A stretch of DNA of 55,555 nt from an uncultured Bacteroidales bacterium (GTDB taxonomy: Bacteria > Bacteroidota > Bacteroidia > Bacteroidales > ML635J-15). The position numbers were made by a program, and so were the translations under genes. Below the pieces are notes generated by a model, which saw only the letters and a program-made list of their open reading frames with translations, did not search any database and had not been told where the DNA came from. Positions 1 through 9,841 of the stretch are shown piece by piece. Every line of letters begins with the position of its first letter. Position 1 is the stretch's first letter. The stretch lies in NCBI GenBank assembly GCA_964527535.1, contig CAZGPW010000241.1, positions 1-55,555 on the forward strand, in the 5' to 3' direction.

Positions 1-85
1 GAAAAATTGGGATTTAGAAGTTGGTATTTATTTTGAAATTTGGATTTTGGGTTTGGGATTTTCAAAATAAAGAGTTTCTTATATT

Positions 86-115
86 ATTGACGGACACTAC
101 TTAGAGTCCGTCAAT
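86..115. repeat. Inverted repeat forming a 10-bp stem (ATTGACGGAC / GTCCGTCAAT) with a 10-nt loop
   Basis: Read directly from the sequence. No T-tract follows on either strand, so it is not a confident terminator. Confidence 0.5.
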
Positions 116-282
116 AGAGTCAAACATTTACTCAAAAGACCAAAAAACAATGTTAAAAAAGGTTAGTTACTTGAATTTTTATTAATAACTTTACTTGTCA
201 GTATTTTTTGTTATTATTTAAAGGTAATAACAATTAAAATATGCTGCTTTTTAACAACATTATTATCTTATATCAAGTAATT

Positions 283-290
283 TATTTTTG
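283..290 (+). promoter_or_regulatory. Candidate Bacteroidota -7 promoter box (TATTTTTG, matching TAnnTTTG) upstream of the GT2 gene
   Basis: Exact match to the TAnnTTTG consensus, 47 nt upstream of the ATG at 338. No clear -33 TTTG. Confidence 0.3.
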
Positions 291-337
291 GAAAAATTTT
301 AGCGATTTAAAAACAAACCTCACATAAAACTCTTTTT

Positions 338-1051
338 ATGAGCAATCTGTCAATCATTGTTCCCATCTATAATGAAGCTAAAACCATTCATGCCGTTTTA
401 AAAAAAATCAGTAACGTTTCACTCATTAACAAGCTTAACAAAGAAATTATCATTATCAATGATTGTTCTACTGACAATTCCGAACTTATCATTCAGGAAT
501 TTATTTCAAAACACAAAGAAATAAACATTAAATATTATAATCACAACCGTAATAAAGGTAAAGGAGCTGCCATAAAAACGGGAATAAACCAAGCAACAGG
601 AAAATATTTAATTATTCAGGATGCAGATCTTGAATATAATCCAAATGAGTATAATATTTTACTGAAACCAATAATTGATGGGAAAGCTGATGTTGTTTAT
701 GGTACACGATTTAATGAAAAATATTCAAATACAATGTTTTTTTGGCAAAAATTGGGAAATAAAATCCTCACGGCAACATCAAATCTTTTTACAAGGTTCA
801 ATCTCTCCGATATGGAAACATGTTATAAATTGTTTAAAACAGATCAATTAAAATCCATTCCTTTACATGAAAACGGATTTGGTTTTGAACCGGAAATTAC
901 AGCCAAACTTTCAAAGATTCACAATATAAAAATTCAAGAGGTCAGCATTTCTTTTCAATACAGAACCCATAATGAAGGCAAAAAAATCAGATTTAAAGAT
1001 GGCTTACATGCCATGTTTTGTATCCTGAAGTACAGCCTAATTAAAACATAG
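338..1051 (+). CDS. Family 2 glycosyltransferase (soluble, dolichyl/polyprenyl-phosphate glycosyltransferase-like)
   Basis: N-terminal SIIVPIYNE..., INDCSTDNS, NRNKGKGAAIKTG and QDADLEY (DxD-type) are typical GT-A/GT2 motifs. No C-terminal TM helices. Confidence 0.85.
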   Translation: MSNLSIIVPIYNEAKTIHAVLKKISNVSLINKLNKEIIIINDCSTDNSELIIQEFISKHKEINIKYYNHNRNKGKGAAIKTGINQATGKYLIIQDADLEYNPNEYNILLKPIIDGKADVVYGTRFNEKYSNTMFFWQKLGNKILTATSNLFTRFNLSDMETCYKLFKTDQLKSIPLHENGFGFEPEITAKLSKIHNIKIQEVSISFQYRTHNEGKKIRFKDGLHAMFCILKYSLIKT

Positions 1052-1236
1052 TATTTTCCAAAATATGTTAACTTTCTCTTTTTCATGCTGATTATTATTC
1101 AGACATCATTCAGGGGCTAATACACATAAGGTCAAAATTTTTTCCTACAATTTGATTCATTATCAAAATCTTATGGATATTTTTTGTTATCAGCTCTTTT
1201 TTACAGATTTTTGTGTTCAACAAAAATACTGACACA

Positions 1237-2538
1237 ATGAATTTTCTCAAAGAACTTGAATGGAGAGGTATGCTACATGATGTCATGCCGGGTACGGATA
1301 CATTACTTGATAGTGAAATGGTAACGGCTTATGTTGGTATTGACCCCACTGCAGATTCACTACATATCGGTCACCTGGTTAGCCTGATGATGCTCAAACA
1401 TCTGCAACTTGCCGGACATAAACCCATCGTGGTGCTTGGTGGCGCTACCGGCATGGTAGGAGATCCGTCAGGAAAATCAAAAGAAAGAAACCTGCTGGAC
1501 GAAAAAACACTCCGGCACAATGAAAACTGCATTAAAAATCAAATCAGTAACTTTCTGGATTTCTCAGACAATAAATCAAATAAAGCAATTGTCCTCAACA
1601 ATTACGACTGGACAAAAAATCTGACATTTCTGGAATTTGTGCGCGATATAGGCAAACACCTTACGGTAAACTACATGATGGCAAAGGATTCTGTAAAAAA
1701 ACGCCTTGGTAACAGTCAAAATACCGGAGAAGGTATGTCTTTTACAGAGTTTTCATATCAATTGCTGCAAGGTTATGATTTCCTTTATCTCTACAATAAT
1801 TACAACTGCAAACTTCAAATGGGCGGCTCCGATCAATGGGGTAACATCACTACCGGCACCGAACTGATCCGCAGAAAAACAGGGGGCGAAGCTTTTGCGG
1901 TCACCTGCCCGCTTATTACCAAAGCAGACGGTGGAAAATTTGGAAAAACCGAAGAAGGAAACATTTGGCTTGACGCTAAAAAAACAAGTCCCTATAAATT
2001 TTATCAATTTTGGCTCAACACTTCAGATATAGATGCAGAAAAATACATCAGAATTTTTACCGTGTTATCAGAAAGTCAAATAGATGATTTAATAAAGAAA
2101 CATAAAGCTGAACCACACCGCCGGATTTTACAACAAAAATTAGCTGAAGAAACAACAATCATGGTCCATTCTAAAAATGACCTTGACAATTCTATTCAGG
2201 CTTCAAAAATCCTGTTTGGGAAATCAACATCAGAAACGCTGCAAAAAATAGATGAAGAAACTTTTCTATCGGTATTTGAAGGTGTGCCCATTTACGATGT
2301 GAATGCTGAACATATTGAAAATGGTATAGACGTTTTTGAATTACTTTGTGAAAAAACAAATGTGTTCCCTTCTAAAGGAGAATTAAGGCGTTTAATCAAA
2401 GGAAACGGGCTTTCAATAAACAAAGAAAAATTTCAAAACCCAAAAATGAAAATTTCTAATACTTTTTTGATAAATAGAAAATATATTTTAGTCCAGAAAG
2501 GAAAAAAACAATATTTTATCATCCGTGCAACAAGCTAA
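1237..2538 (+). CDS. tyrS: Tyrosine--tRNA ligase
   Basis: HIGH motif (SLHIGHLV), KMSKS-type KFGKT, and a C-terminal S4-like domain. The ORF track starts at GTG 1213, but ATG 1237 ([12 protein letters not shown]...) matches typical TyrS N-termini. Confidence 0.95.
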   Translation: MNFLKELEWRGMLHDVMPGTDTLLDSEMVTAYVGIDPTADSLHIGHLVSLMMLKHLQLAGHKPIVVLGGATGMVGDPSGKSKERNLLDEKTLRHNENCIKNQISNFLDFSDNKSNKAIVLNNYDWTKNLTFLEFVRDIGKHLTVNYMMAKDSVKKRLGNSQNTGEGMSFTEFSYQLLQGYDFLYLYNNYNCKLQMGGSDQWGNITTGTELIRRKTGGEAFAVTCPLITKADGGKFGKTEEGNIWLDAKKTSPYKFYQFWLNTSDIDAEKYIRIFTVLSESQIDDLIKKHKAEPHRRILQQKLAEETTIMVHSKNDLDNSIQASKILFGKSTSETLQKIDEETFLSVFEGVPIYDVNAEHIENGIDVFELLCEKTNVFPSKGELRRLIKGNGLSINKEKFQNPKMKISNTFLINRKYILVQKGKKQYFIIRATS

Positions 2539-3152
2539 TCTTTTCCAACCCAATGATACAACCAATATTATAAATGTAATATATTTAATATTTTAATTAT
2601 CAATGATTTATAAATTACATGCAATGCATTTTATTAAGAGCCAACTTGTTAAAATTATCCAAATAAAATAAACAATTTATTTATCAACCGTTGTTAAATT
2701 GCTATGTGTTAAGCCAAATCATCAAGTATAAAATTTTAAAAAACGATATAGTAAGCTTTTACGTTATCAACACATTTTTAACAAAAACGCTCTTTATATT
2801 TAATAAAATATGATAATTTTTACTTGACAATATGATTTTATCTATGCTTATAAATAATTCTTAATATTCAAAATTATTTATTCACATTTTTTACATGATT
2901 TTTAAGCAAGAAATGAACAAACATAAAGGGAGAATAACAACAATTTTTATTCATATATCCGCTTATTAACAGATGTTAATAAATACCAATAATCATTAAA
3001 AATCAATGCCTTAATTTTAACAATATGGTTTATAATTCAGAAAAAATATTTTAAAATTGTAAAATGCAAACATTATCCCCTAAATTTGTTAACCAAATTA
3101 ACAGACTATAATCATTATCATTTATTTTTTAAATTTATTAAACAATATAATA

Positions 3153-4148
3153 ATGATACAATATGAAAAAATAAAAGAAAAAGGTTTTGTTGATGACCCC
3201 ATTGATAAATCTGTAAATATTAAGAAAGAAATATTGAGGATGAAAAAAGAAAAAAACACCGTTATTCTGGCGCATTTTTATGTGACATCAGATTTGCAGG
3301 ATATTGCGGATTTTGTTGGGGACAGCCTCAAATTATCACAGGAAGCAGCACGCACAAAAGCCGATGTAATAGTATTCGTTGGGGTACATTTTATGGCTGA
3401 AACCGCTAAAATTTTATCGCCACACAAAAAAGTGTTATTGCCGGATTTTAATGCAGGATGTTCACTGGCAGAATCGGCACCTGCTGATAAATTTGCAGAA
3501 TTCATTAAATGTTACCCGGATCACATTGTAATCAATTATGTCAATACAACAGCAAAAATAAAAGCCCTTTCGGATCTTGTGGTTACAAGCACAAATGCAA
3601 AAGCCATTGTAGAAAGTTTTCCAAAAGAACAGAAAATAATTTTTGGACCTGATAAAAATCTGGGTAACTACATCAATTCCGTTACGGGAAGGAATATGGT
3701 TCTTTGGGATGGAGCGTGTCATGTACATGAAGAGTTTTCAGTTGAAAAAATTGTACATTTGAAAAAGGAAAATACCAAAGCTAAAGTACTTGCCCATCCG
3801 GAATGCGAACAACCTGTACTTATCATTGCTGATCATATTGGCTCTACATCCTCACTCTTGAAATATTCCCAAACTGACAAGGCAAAATCATACATTGTTG
3901 CAACGGAATCGGGAATAATTCATCAGATGAAAAAGGCAAGTCCTGATAAAACGTTCATTCCGGCACCTCCAAAAGATTCAACATGTGGCTGCAGCGATTG
4001 TAATTTCATGAAATTGAACACCATGGAAAAATTATACAATTGTTTGAAATATGAAATGCCTGAAGTTACTTTGGATGAAGAGTTGAGAAAAAAAGCTGAA
4101 AAACCAATACGTAAAATGTTGGAAATTTCCGAAAAATTGGGTTTATAA
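3153..4148 (+). CDS. nadA: Quinolinate synthase
   Basis: Full-length similarity to the NadA family (ILAHFY..., VGVHFMAET, HPEC, three-domain layout with conserved Cys). No nadB or nadC is adjacent. Confidence 0.93.
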   Translation: MIQYEKIKEKGFVDDPIDKSVNIKKEILRMKKEKNTVILAHFYVTSDLQDIADFVGDSLKLSQEAARTKADVIVFVGVHFMAETAKILSPHKKVLLPDFNAGCSLAESAPADKFAEFIKCYPDHIVINYVNTTAKIKALSDLVVTSTNAKAIVESFPKEQKIIFGPDKNLGNYINSVTGRNMVLWDGACHVHEEFSVEKIVHLKKENTKAKVLAHPECEQPVLIIADHIGSTSSLLKYSQTDKAKSYIVATESGIIHQMKKASPDKTFIPAPPKDSTCGCSDCNFMKLNTMEKLYNCLKYEMPEVTLDEELRKKAEKPIRKMLEISEKLGL

Positions 4149-4160
4149 TTCTTGTAAGGA

Positions 4161-5330
4161 ATGCAAAAAAAGGCTTTCTGTTTTTTGTTTTTTGTTTTAT
4201 TTTCCCATGCTGTTGGCTACGGGCAAGATCAGGATAGTTTAAAATTATACAGCGTAAAATCAGGCCCAGGAAAAGTATTAAAGGCTTTTAGCGGAATGCC
4301 GGAAACAAATGTATCGGTGTTTACCGGTTTTGAATATGGAAAAAAAGGAGACGGAACCAATGAATGGGAGAAATTGCTTGGATATCCGGAATACGGACTT
4401 GAAGTGTTGTATGGTGATTTGAAAAACGATTTTTTGGGCAACATGTTTGCTATACAACCATTTGTCCGGATACCGTTGTTTAAAAATCATGAAAAATTTG
4501 GAGTATATTTTACCGCAGGGATGGGATTTGCTTATTTTGATAATGCATATCATTTGTTTGATAATCCTGAAAACGGACTTATAGGCTGTGGCCTTAATAA
4601 TTATACCAAAGGTGAAATTGAAATTGGATACCATTTGGGAAAACACTGGAGAATTTTTGCAGGTGCAGGGGCTTTTCATTTTTCAAACGCACATATACGG
4701 CTGCCAAATATTGGTGCCAATGTGCCGGAAGCTAAAGTTGGTGTAACGTGGTTTCAGAATTACCCTGAAAAGTTTGCAAAAAATGCGTATCGGCAAATTG
4801 ATACCACATGGAACTGGTATATTAGATACGGCAGTGGTTTTCATGCTTACGGTTCAACCATGAAACCTTTTGGCGGGCCTGTATATCCTGTGTATTCATT
4901 CTCATTCGGAACCGGGCAAAACCTTTCTGCTGTGTATGCTGTATCTTTTGGTACAACACTTGGGTATTACAGTGGTTTTAATAACTTTTTGTTATCGGAA
5001 ATGCTATTGGATAAAAACGATGCTTTTTTTAAATCCATTTATGCAAGTGTATATTTTGGACAGGAAGTGATGATGGGAAAATTTGCTGTGTATGGTGAAT
5101 GTGCTGTGGACATTGCAAAACCTTTTTTGCGTGAATACGGCGATATTTTTGACCGGCAGGAAGGCATGGTAAAAACAATAAAAAACATTAACAGCAATCG
5201 TTTGGGGTTGAGGTATTACATCAAAGAAATAAATAAAAAACACCGGTGGAACGCCAACGTTGGGTTGTTTATCAAATCCAATTTTACGCAGGCTGATTTT
5301 GTTGAATGTGCTGTTCAGTTAAAATTGTAA
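4161..5330 (+). CDS. Acyloxyacyl hydrolase / PagL-like lipid A deacylase family outer-membrane protein
   Basis: Signal peptide (FFVLFSHAVGYGQ), beta-barrel-like alternating pattern, and an HFSNAH (His-x-Ser-Asn) motif typical of the PagL/acyloxyacyl hydrolase family. About 390 aa, as in Bacteroidota homologues. Confidence 0.55.
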   Translation: MQKKAFCFLFFVLFSHAVGYGQDQDSLKLYSVKSGPGKVLKAFSGMPETNVSVFTGFEYGKKGDGTNEWEKLLGYPEYGLEVLYGDLKNDFLGNMFAIQPFVRIPLFKNHEKFGVYFTAGMGFAYFDNAYHLFDNPENGLIGCGLNNYTKGEIEIGYHLGKHWRIFAGAGAFHFSNAHIRLPNIGANVPEAKVGVTWFQNYPEKFAKNAYRQIDTTWNWYIRYGSGFHAYGSTMKPFGGPVYPVYSFSFGTGQNLSAVYAVSFGTTLGYYSGFNNFLLSEMLLDKNDAFFKSIYASVYFGQEVMMGKFAVYGECAVDIAKPFLREYGDIFDRQEGMVKTIKNINSNRLGLRYYIKEINKKHRWNANVGLFIKSNFTQADFVECAVQLKL

Positions 5331-5333
5331 AAC

Positions 5334-6062
5334 ATGAAGGTTTACGTTATCAAACAATGTGATTCATCCAACAGGGAAGTGTTCAGGCACCGTGAATGGC
5401 TTGAAAATAAACAACCATTTGTGTTGTTTTGCCATGATCAGAAAAAAGGGAGGGGATACAGCGGCAATTTTTGGCATGCAGATCCAGGAAAAAATCTCAC
5501 ATGCAGCATGGTTTTTTCCCCGTCATTTTTAGAAGCACACAGGCAATTTTATTTTTCAATGATCATTGCCCTGTCCATTGATGATTTAATGAAAAATTAC
5601 GGGTTAAAAAGCCTTGTGAAATGGCCAAATGATATCTTAGTGGAAAACAAAAAAATTGGGGGCATCTTGATAGAATCTGAAATTCAGCAGGAAAATATAA
5701 ATTGCATTGTCGCCGGGATAGGTTTAAATGTCAATCAGAAAAAATTTCAGAGTAACATAAAAAACCCCACCTCATTAATCCTGGCTGGAATAGAAAAAGA
5801 AACCCCGGAAAGTGTTTTGAAAAAGCTGATTGATCATGTGGAATATTGGTATCATAAATTGAAAAATCATGCATTTAATACGATAAAATCAACTTACCTT
5901 GACCGGCTTACCGGTTACCAGTCATGGAAAACTTATAGATCAGGTAAAAAAGTTTTTAAAGCCAAAATCATTGATATTTGCGAAGATGGAAAGGCCAGAA
6001 TGGAATCAGAAAACGGAACGGTGCATGAATTTGACATTAAAGAAGTGGAATGGGTGAAATAA
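5334..6062 (+). CDS. birA: Biotin--[acetyl-CoA-carboxylase] ligase (group I, no HTH domain)
   Basis: GRGYSGNFW and KWPNDILVENKKIGGILIE signature motifs. Confidence 0.9.
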   Translation: MKVYVIKQCDSSNREVFRHREWLENKQPFVLFCHDQKKGRGYSGNFWHADPGKNLTCSMVFSPSFLEAHRQFYFSMIIALSIDDLMKNYGLKSLVKWPNDILVENKKIGGILIESEIQQENINCIVAGIGLNVNQKKFQSNIKNPTSLILAGIEKETPESVLKKLIDHVEYWYHKLKNHAFNTIKSTYLDRLTGYQSWKTYRSGKKVFKAKIIDICEDGKARMESENGTVHEFDIKEVEWVK

Positions 6063-6093
6063 AATTTGTACATTTACATTTTAAACACAAAAG

Positions 6094-7323
6094 TTGATGA
6101 ATGTTTCGTATATAAGAAAAGACTTCCCTGTTTTGTCGCAGAAAGTGTACAATAAACCCTTGGTTTATCTTGATAACGCTGCCACAACGCAAAAGCCGCA
6201 ACAAGTAATTGATGCTGTTGAAGAGATATATAAAAAGTACAATTCAAATATACACCGGGGTGTACATTACCTGAGTGAGGTATGCACGACAAAGCATGAA
6301 GAAACGAGGCAATACATTGCTGATTATATCAATGCTTCGTCATCAAATGAAATTGTGTTCACACGGGGAACCACAGAATCAATAAACCTGGTTGCTAACG
6401 GATGTGCTGAAACAATGATAGAAGAGGGCGATGAAATCATTGTCACCGAAATGGAACACCACTCAAATTTTGTCCCCTGGCAGATGCTTTGTAAAAAAAA
6501 GAAAGCAAAATTTGTGGTGCTTGGAATTGAAGATGACGGCAGCATTTCATTGGAAAAAATGAAAAGTATAATCACAGAAAGGACAAAACTCATTGCCGTG
6601 ACTCAGGTTTCCAATGTGCTTGGTACCATCAATCCTGTAAAAGAAATTACAAGAATAGCCCATAAACACAATATTCCGGTGTTGGTTGATGCTGCCCAGA
6701 GCATTCAGCACATGAAAGTGGATGTGAAGGACATTGATTGTGATTTTCTTGTGTTCAGTGGCCATAAATTGTACGGCCCCACAGGCATTGGGGTGTTGTA
6801 TGCCAAAGAAAAATGGCTGGAAAAATTTCCACCTTATCAATATGGCGGTGAAATGATTGAAAGCGTAAGCATTGAAAAAACCACCTTCAATAAGTTGCCT
6901 TTCAAGTTCGAAGCAGGAACACCAAATTACATTGGTGCCATTGGCATGGGAGCAGCCTTGAAATACATTGAAAATGTTGGTATTGATGAGATTGCCAAAC
7001 ATGAAAAAGAAGTTTATAATTATGCCATTGAACAGTTAAAACGCATTGATAACATGACATTTTATGGCACAGCACAGGATAAAATATCTGTCATATCATT
7101 TAATGTTAAAGGATTACACCCATACGATGTTGGTACATTAATAGATAAAAACGGAATAGCTGTAAGAACAGGTAATCATTGTGCCGAACCCATCATGCAA
7201 TGTTACGGAATTTCCGGTACCGTTAGGGCATCATTTGGTTTGTATAATACCAAACAGGAAGCCGGAAAACTGGCTGAGAACATTAAAAAGGTGTCCGGTA
7301 TTTTATTGGGAGTAAACAATTAA
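6094..7323 (+). CDS. sufS: Cysteine desulfurase, SufS type
   Basis: HHSNFVPWQ, PLP-lysine motif SGHKLYGPTGIGVLY, and C-terminal RTGNHCAEP catalytic Cys loop. Confidence 0.95.
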   Translation: MMNVSYIRKDFPVLSQKVYNKPLVYLDNAATTQKPQQVIDAVEEIYKKYNSNIHRGVHYLSEVCTTKHEETRQYIADYINASSSNEIVFTRGTTESINLVANGCAETMIEEGDEIIVTEMEHHSNFVPWQMLCKKKKAKFVVLGIEDDGSISLEKMKSIITERTKLIAVTQVSNVLGTINPVKEITRIAHKHNIPVLVDAAQSIQHMKVDVKDIDCDFLVFSGHKLYGPTGIGVLYAKEKWLEKFPPYQYGGEMIESVSIEKTTFNKLPFKFEAGTPNYIGAIGMGAALKYIENVGIDEIAKHEKEVYNYAIEQLKRIDNMTFYGTAQDKISVISFNVKGLHPYDVGTLIDKNGIAVRTGNHCAEPIMQCYGISGTVRASFGLYNTKQEAGKLAENIKKVSGILLGVNN

Positions 7324-7363
7324 ATTTATAATTTGTATTTTTATTTAATTAAGATTTTATAAC

Positions 7364-7783
7364 ATGAGTATTGAAAAAAAACAACAAGAAATCATTGAAG
7401 AATTTTCAGTGTTTGATGACTGGATGGATAAGTACGCTTATTTGGTTGATTTGGGAAATGAATTGGGAAGCATGAGCAGTGATGAAAAAACAGAGGAAAA
7501 TTTAATACATGGTTGCCAGTCAAATGTGTGGATAAACGCTGAATTAAAAGATGGTAAAATGACCTTTAAGGCGGATAGCGATGCCATTATTACAAAAGGC
7601 ATTGCTTCATTAGTTACCAGGGTTTTTGAAGGTGAAACACCGGATGATGTGTTGAATGCAGATTTGTATTTTGTGGATGAAATAGGCCTCCATCAGCATT
7701 TATCTCCAACCAGGTCAAACGGTTTATTGGCGATGATAAAACGCGTTAAAGCCTTTGCGCTGGCTTTTAAACAAAAAAAATAA
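7364..7783 (+). CDS. sufE: Sulfur acceptor SufE
   Basis: SufE-family length and the conserved GCQSNVWI cysteine motif. Sits immediately downstream of sufS. Confidence 0.9.
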   Translation: MSIEKKQQEIIEEFSVFDDWMDKYAYLVDLGNELGSMSSDEKTEENLIHGCQSNVWINAELKDGKMTFKADSDAIITKGIASLVTRVFEGETPDDVLNADLYFVDEIGLHQHLSPTRSNGLLAMIKRVKAFALAFKQKK

Positions 7784-7794
7784 TCACCTGCATT

Positions 7795-8106
7795 ATGGAC
7801 AAACAAATTGTATTGACAAACATTGTAAAAGAACTAAAAACTGTATTTGACCCTGAAATCCCGGTCAACATATATGATTTGGGTCTTGTTTATGAGGTGG
7901 ATGTGGATGATAAGGGAAAAGCATTAATTAAAATGACCTTGACTGCACCAAATTGCCCTGTTGCTGATAGCGTTGTGATGATGACAGAAACCGCTGTAAA
8001 AAGGGCAGAAGGTGTTAGCGATGTTGAGGTTGAGCTTGTCTTTGATCCCCCATGGGATAAATCGATGATGAACGAAGAGGCCAAACTGGAACTGGGAATG
8101 CTGTAA
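7795..8106 (+). CDS. DUF59 / SUF system Fe-S assembly protein (SufT/PaaD-like)
   Basis: IYDLGLVY...TLTAPNCPVA motif of the DUF59 family, in a suf context. Confidence 0.85.
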   Translation: MDKQIVLTNIVKELKTVFDPEIPVNIYDLGLVYEVDVDDKGKALIKMTLTAPNCPVADSVVMMTETAVKRAEGVSDVEVELVFDPPWDKSMMNEEAKLELGML

Positions 8107-8119
8107 CGACGAATAATCA

Positions 8120-8950
8120 ATGGTTATGGACAAAAAGATTGAATTGATTGAAAATGCCTGGAACGACAGAAGCCTGTTGGGAAATGATGATGTGCAACGT
8201 GCGGTTTTTGATACGATAGAAGGCTTGGATAAAGGGGAAATACGTGTGGCGGAACCTGATAAAAGCAAGGAAAGCGGTTGGAAAGTAAATCAGTGGATTA
8301 AAAAAGCGGTGATATTGTACTTTCCGTTGAGGAAAATGGAAGAAATTGATGACGGCATATTTGAGTATCACGATAAAATACCGGTAAAAAAAGGGTATAA
8401 AAAACAAGGCGTAAGGGTTGTTCCGGACGCCATTGCAAGGTATGGTGCATACATTAGCAAGGGGGTAATCATGATGCCGTCGTATGTCAATATAGGTGCC
8501 TGGGTAGGTGGTTATACCATGGTGGATACCTGGGCAACCGTTGGGTCATGCGCACAAATTGGTGAACATGTACATTTAAGCGGTGGTGTTGGAATTGGCG
8601 GTGTACTCGAACCTGTACAGGCAGCGCCCGTGATAATCGAAGATAATGCATTTATCGGATCAAGGTGCATCGTGGTTGAAGGTGTACGTGTGGGTAAAGA
8701 AGCTGTGCTCGGTGCCAATGTGGTGTTAACGGCAAGCACAAAAATCATTGATGTCACCGGAAACAAGCCTAAAGAAATTAAAGGATACATTCCTGAGCGT
8801 TCAGTGGTTATACCGGGTTCATACACAAAAAGTTTCAATGCGGGCGAATACCAGGTATCCTGTGCACTGATAATCGGAAAACGAAAAGCATCCACCGACA
8901 AAAAAACATCACTGAACGAAGCACTCAGGGAATATGATGTGGTTGCATGA
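8120..8950 (+). CDS. dapD: 2,3,4,5-tetrahydropyridine-2,6-dicarboxylate N-succinyltransferase
   Basis: N-terminal helical domain followed by hexapeptide (LbH) repeats. About 270 aa, as in Bacteroidota-type DapD. Confidence 0.88.
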   Translation: MVMDKKIELIENAWNDRSLLGNDDVQRAVFDTIEGLDKGEIRVAEPDKSKESGWKVNQWIKKAVILYFPLRKMEEIDDGIFEYHDKIPVKKGYKKQGVRVVPDAIARYGAYISKGVIMMPSYVNIGAWVGGYTMVDTWATVGSCAQIGEHVHLSGGVGIGGVLEPVQAAPVIIEDNAFIGSRCIVVEGVRVGKEAVLGANVVLTASTKIIDVTGNKPKEIKGYIPERSVVIPGSYTKSFNAGEYQVSCALIIGKRKASTDKKTSLNEALREYDVVA

Positions 8951-8965
8951 ATCAATCAAAATATA

Positions 8966-9820
8966 CTAAAAATAACTCACTTCTTTACCTTCAATAACGG
9001 TAAGCAAATTATTGGCAAGGCGGCTGGCGCCAATTCTAAACAGATTATTGTTTAACCACTCATCACCTAAAACATGAGAAACAACGGCGTAATATGTGAT
9101 GGCATCATCGGGAGTTGATATACCGCCTGCAGGTTTAATACCCGCCTTAAATCCGGTATCTTCGTAATGATCTTTGATGGCTTTGCACATGACATATACA
9201 GATACAGGGTCTGCCGATTTTTTATCTTTTCCCGTAGAAGTTTTTATGAAATCAGCACCCGATTTCAATGCCAGCATAGAAGCGTTATATACATCAGACA
9301 GGTCTTCCATTAATCCGGATTCCAGTATAACCTTTAAATGGGTTGGTGCAATGGCTTCTTTTATGAGGCTTATTTCTGTACTGCAATACGTATAATCTTT
9401 ACTAAAAAACCTGCCCACAGACAACACGATATCCAGTTCATCAGCACCTTTGTTGGTGGCTATTTCACATTCGGCCAGTTTTACAGACAGGTAGGTTTGG
9501 CTGGAAGGAAAACATCCGGAGACAGCCGCTACATTGATGTGATCACGTGATAAGGTCTCTTTGACTAGCTTAACAAAAGGAGGGTAAACACAAATTGCCG
9601 CAACATCAGGCATGTCAGGGTATGCAGATTTAATCCCATTGACTTTATAAACCATTGAACGGATTTTTTCTTCAGTATCCTGGGTGTTCAGGGAAGTCAG
9701 GTCAATCAACGAAAATATGCGCTTAAGTAAAATATTATCCGTTGCACTGAAAGCATTTTTTGCATTTGATATTTGTTTTTCAATAACCTGTTTGTTGAAT
9801 GAAATGTTTTTGGATTCCAT
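8966..9820 (-). CDS. deoC: Deoxyribose-phosphate aldolase
   Basis: DeoC-family TIM barrel with the Schiff-base lysine motif FIKTSTGK. Confidence 0.88.
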   Translation of the reverse strand: MESKNISFNKQVIEKQISNAKNAFSATDNILLKRIFSLIDLTSLNTQDTEEKIRSMVYKVNGIKSAYPDMPDVAAICVYPPFVKLVKETLSRDHINVAAVSGCFPSSQTYLSVKLAECEIATNKGADELDIVLSVGRFFSKDYTYCSTEISLIKEAIAPTHLKVILESGLMEDLSDVYNASMLALKSGADFIKTSTGKDKKSADPVSVYVMCKAIKDHYEDTGFKAGIKPAGGISTPDDAITYYAVVSHVLGDEWLNNNLFRIGASRLANNLLTVIEGKEVSYF

Positions 9821-9841
9821 GGACTGTTGTTTTTAAATAGG

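Noticed and set aside
1052-1236. T-box or leader-peptide attenuators upstream of tyrS, aspS and pheS
   Set aside because: The leaders are short or unstructured (pheS spacer 34 nt; aspS ATG about 18 nt after its -7 box). No specifier/T-box (AGGGUGGNACCGCG-like) sequence is present, and T-boxes are not expected in Bacteroidota.
2539-3152. Chromosomal replication origin (AT-rich region with DnaA-box-like 9-mers, mnmG/gidA 10 kb away)
   Set aside because: Only one 9-mer fits TTATNCACA exactly, and the others need a mismatch, which is easy to find in ~20% GC DNA. Genes on both sides (GT2, tyrS and nadA onward) are on the same strand, so there is no orientation switch. No dnaA or dnaN is nearby. 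It is kept only as a minor alternative inside the finding and needs whole-genome GC skew to settle.
6094-8106. Incomplete suf operon (sufS-sufE-DUF59 without sufBCD)
   Set aside because: Split suf loci are common. sufBCD is probably elsewhere in the genome, so the arrangement is not anomalous in itself.
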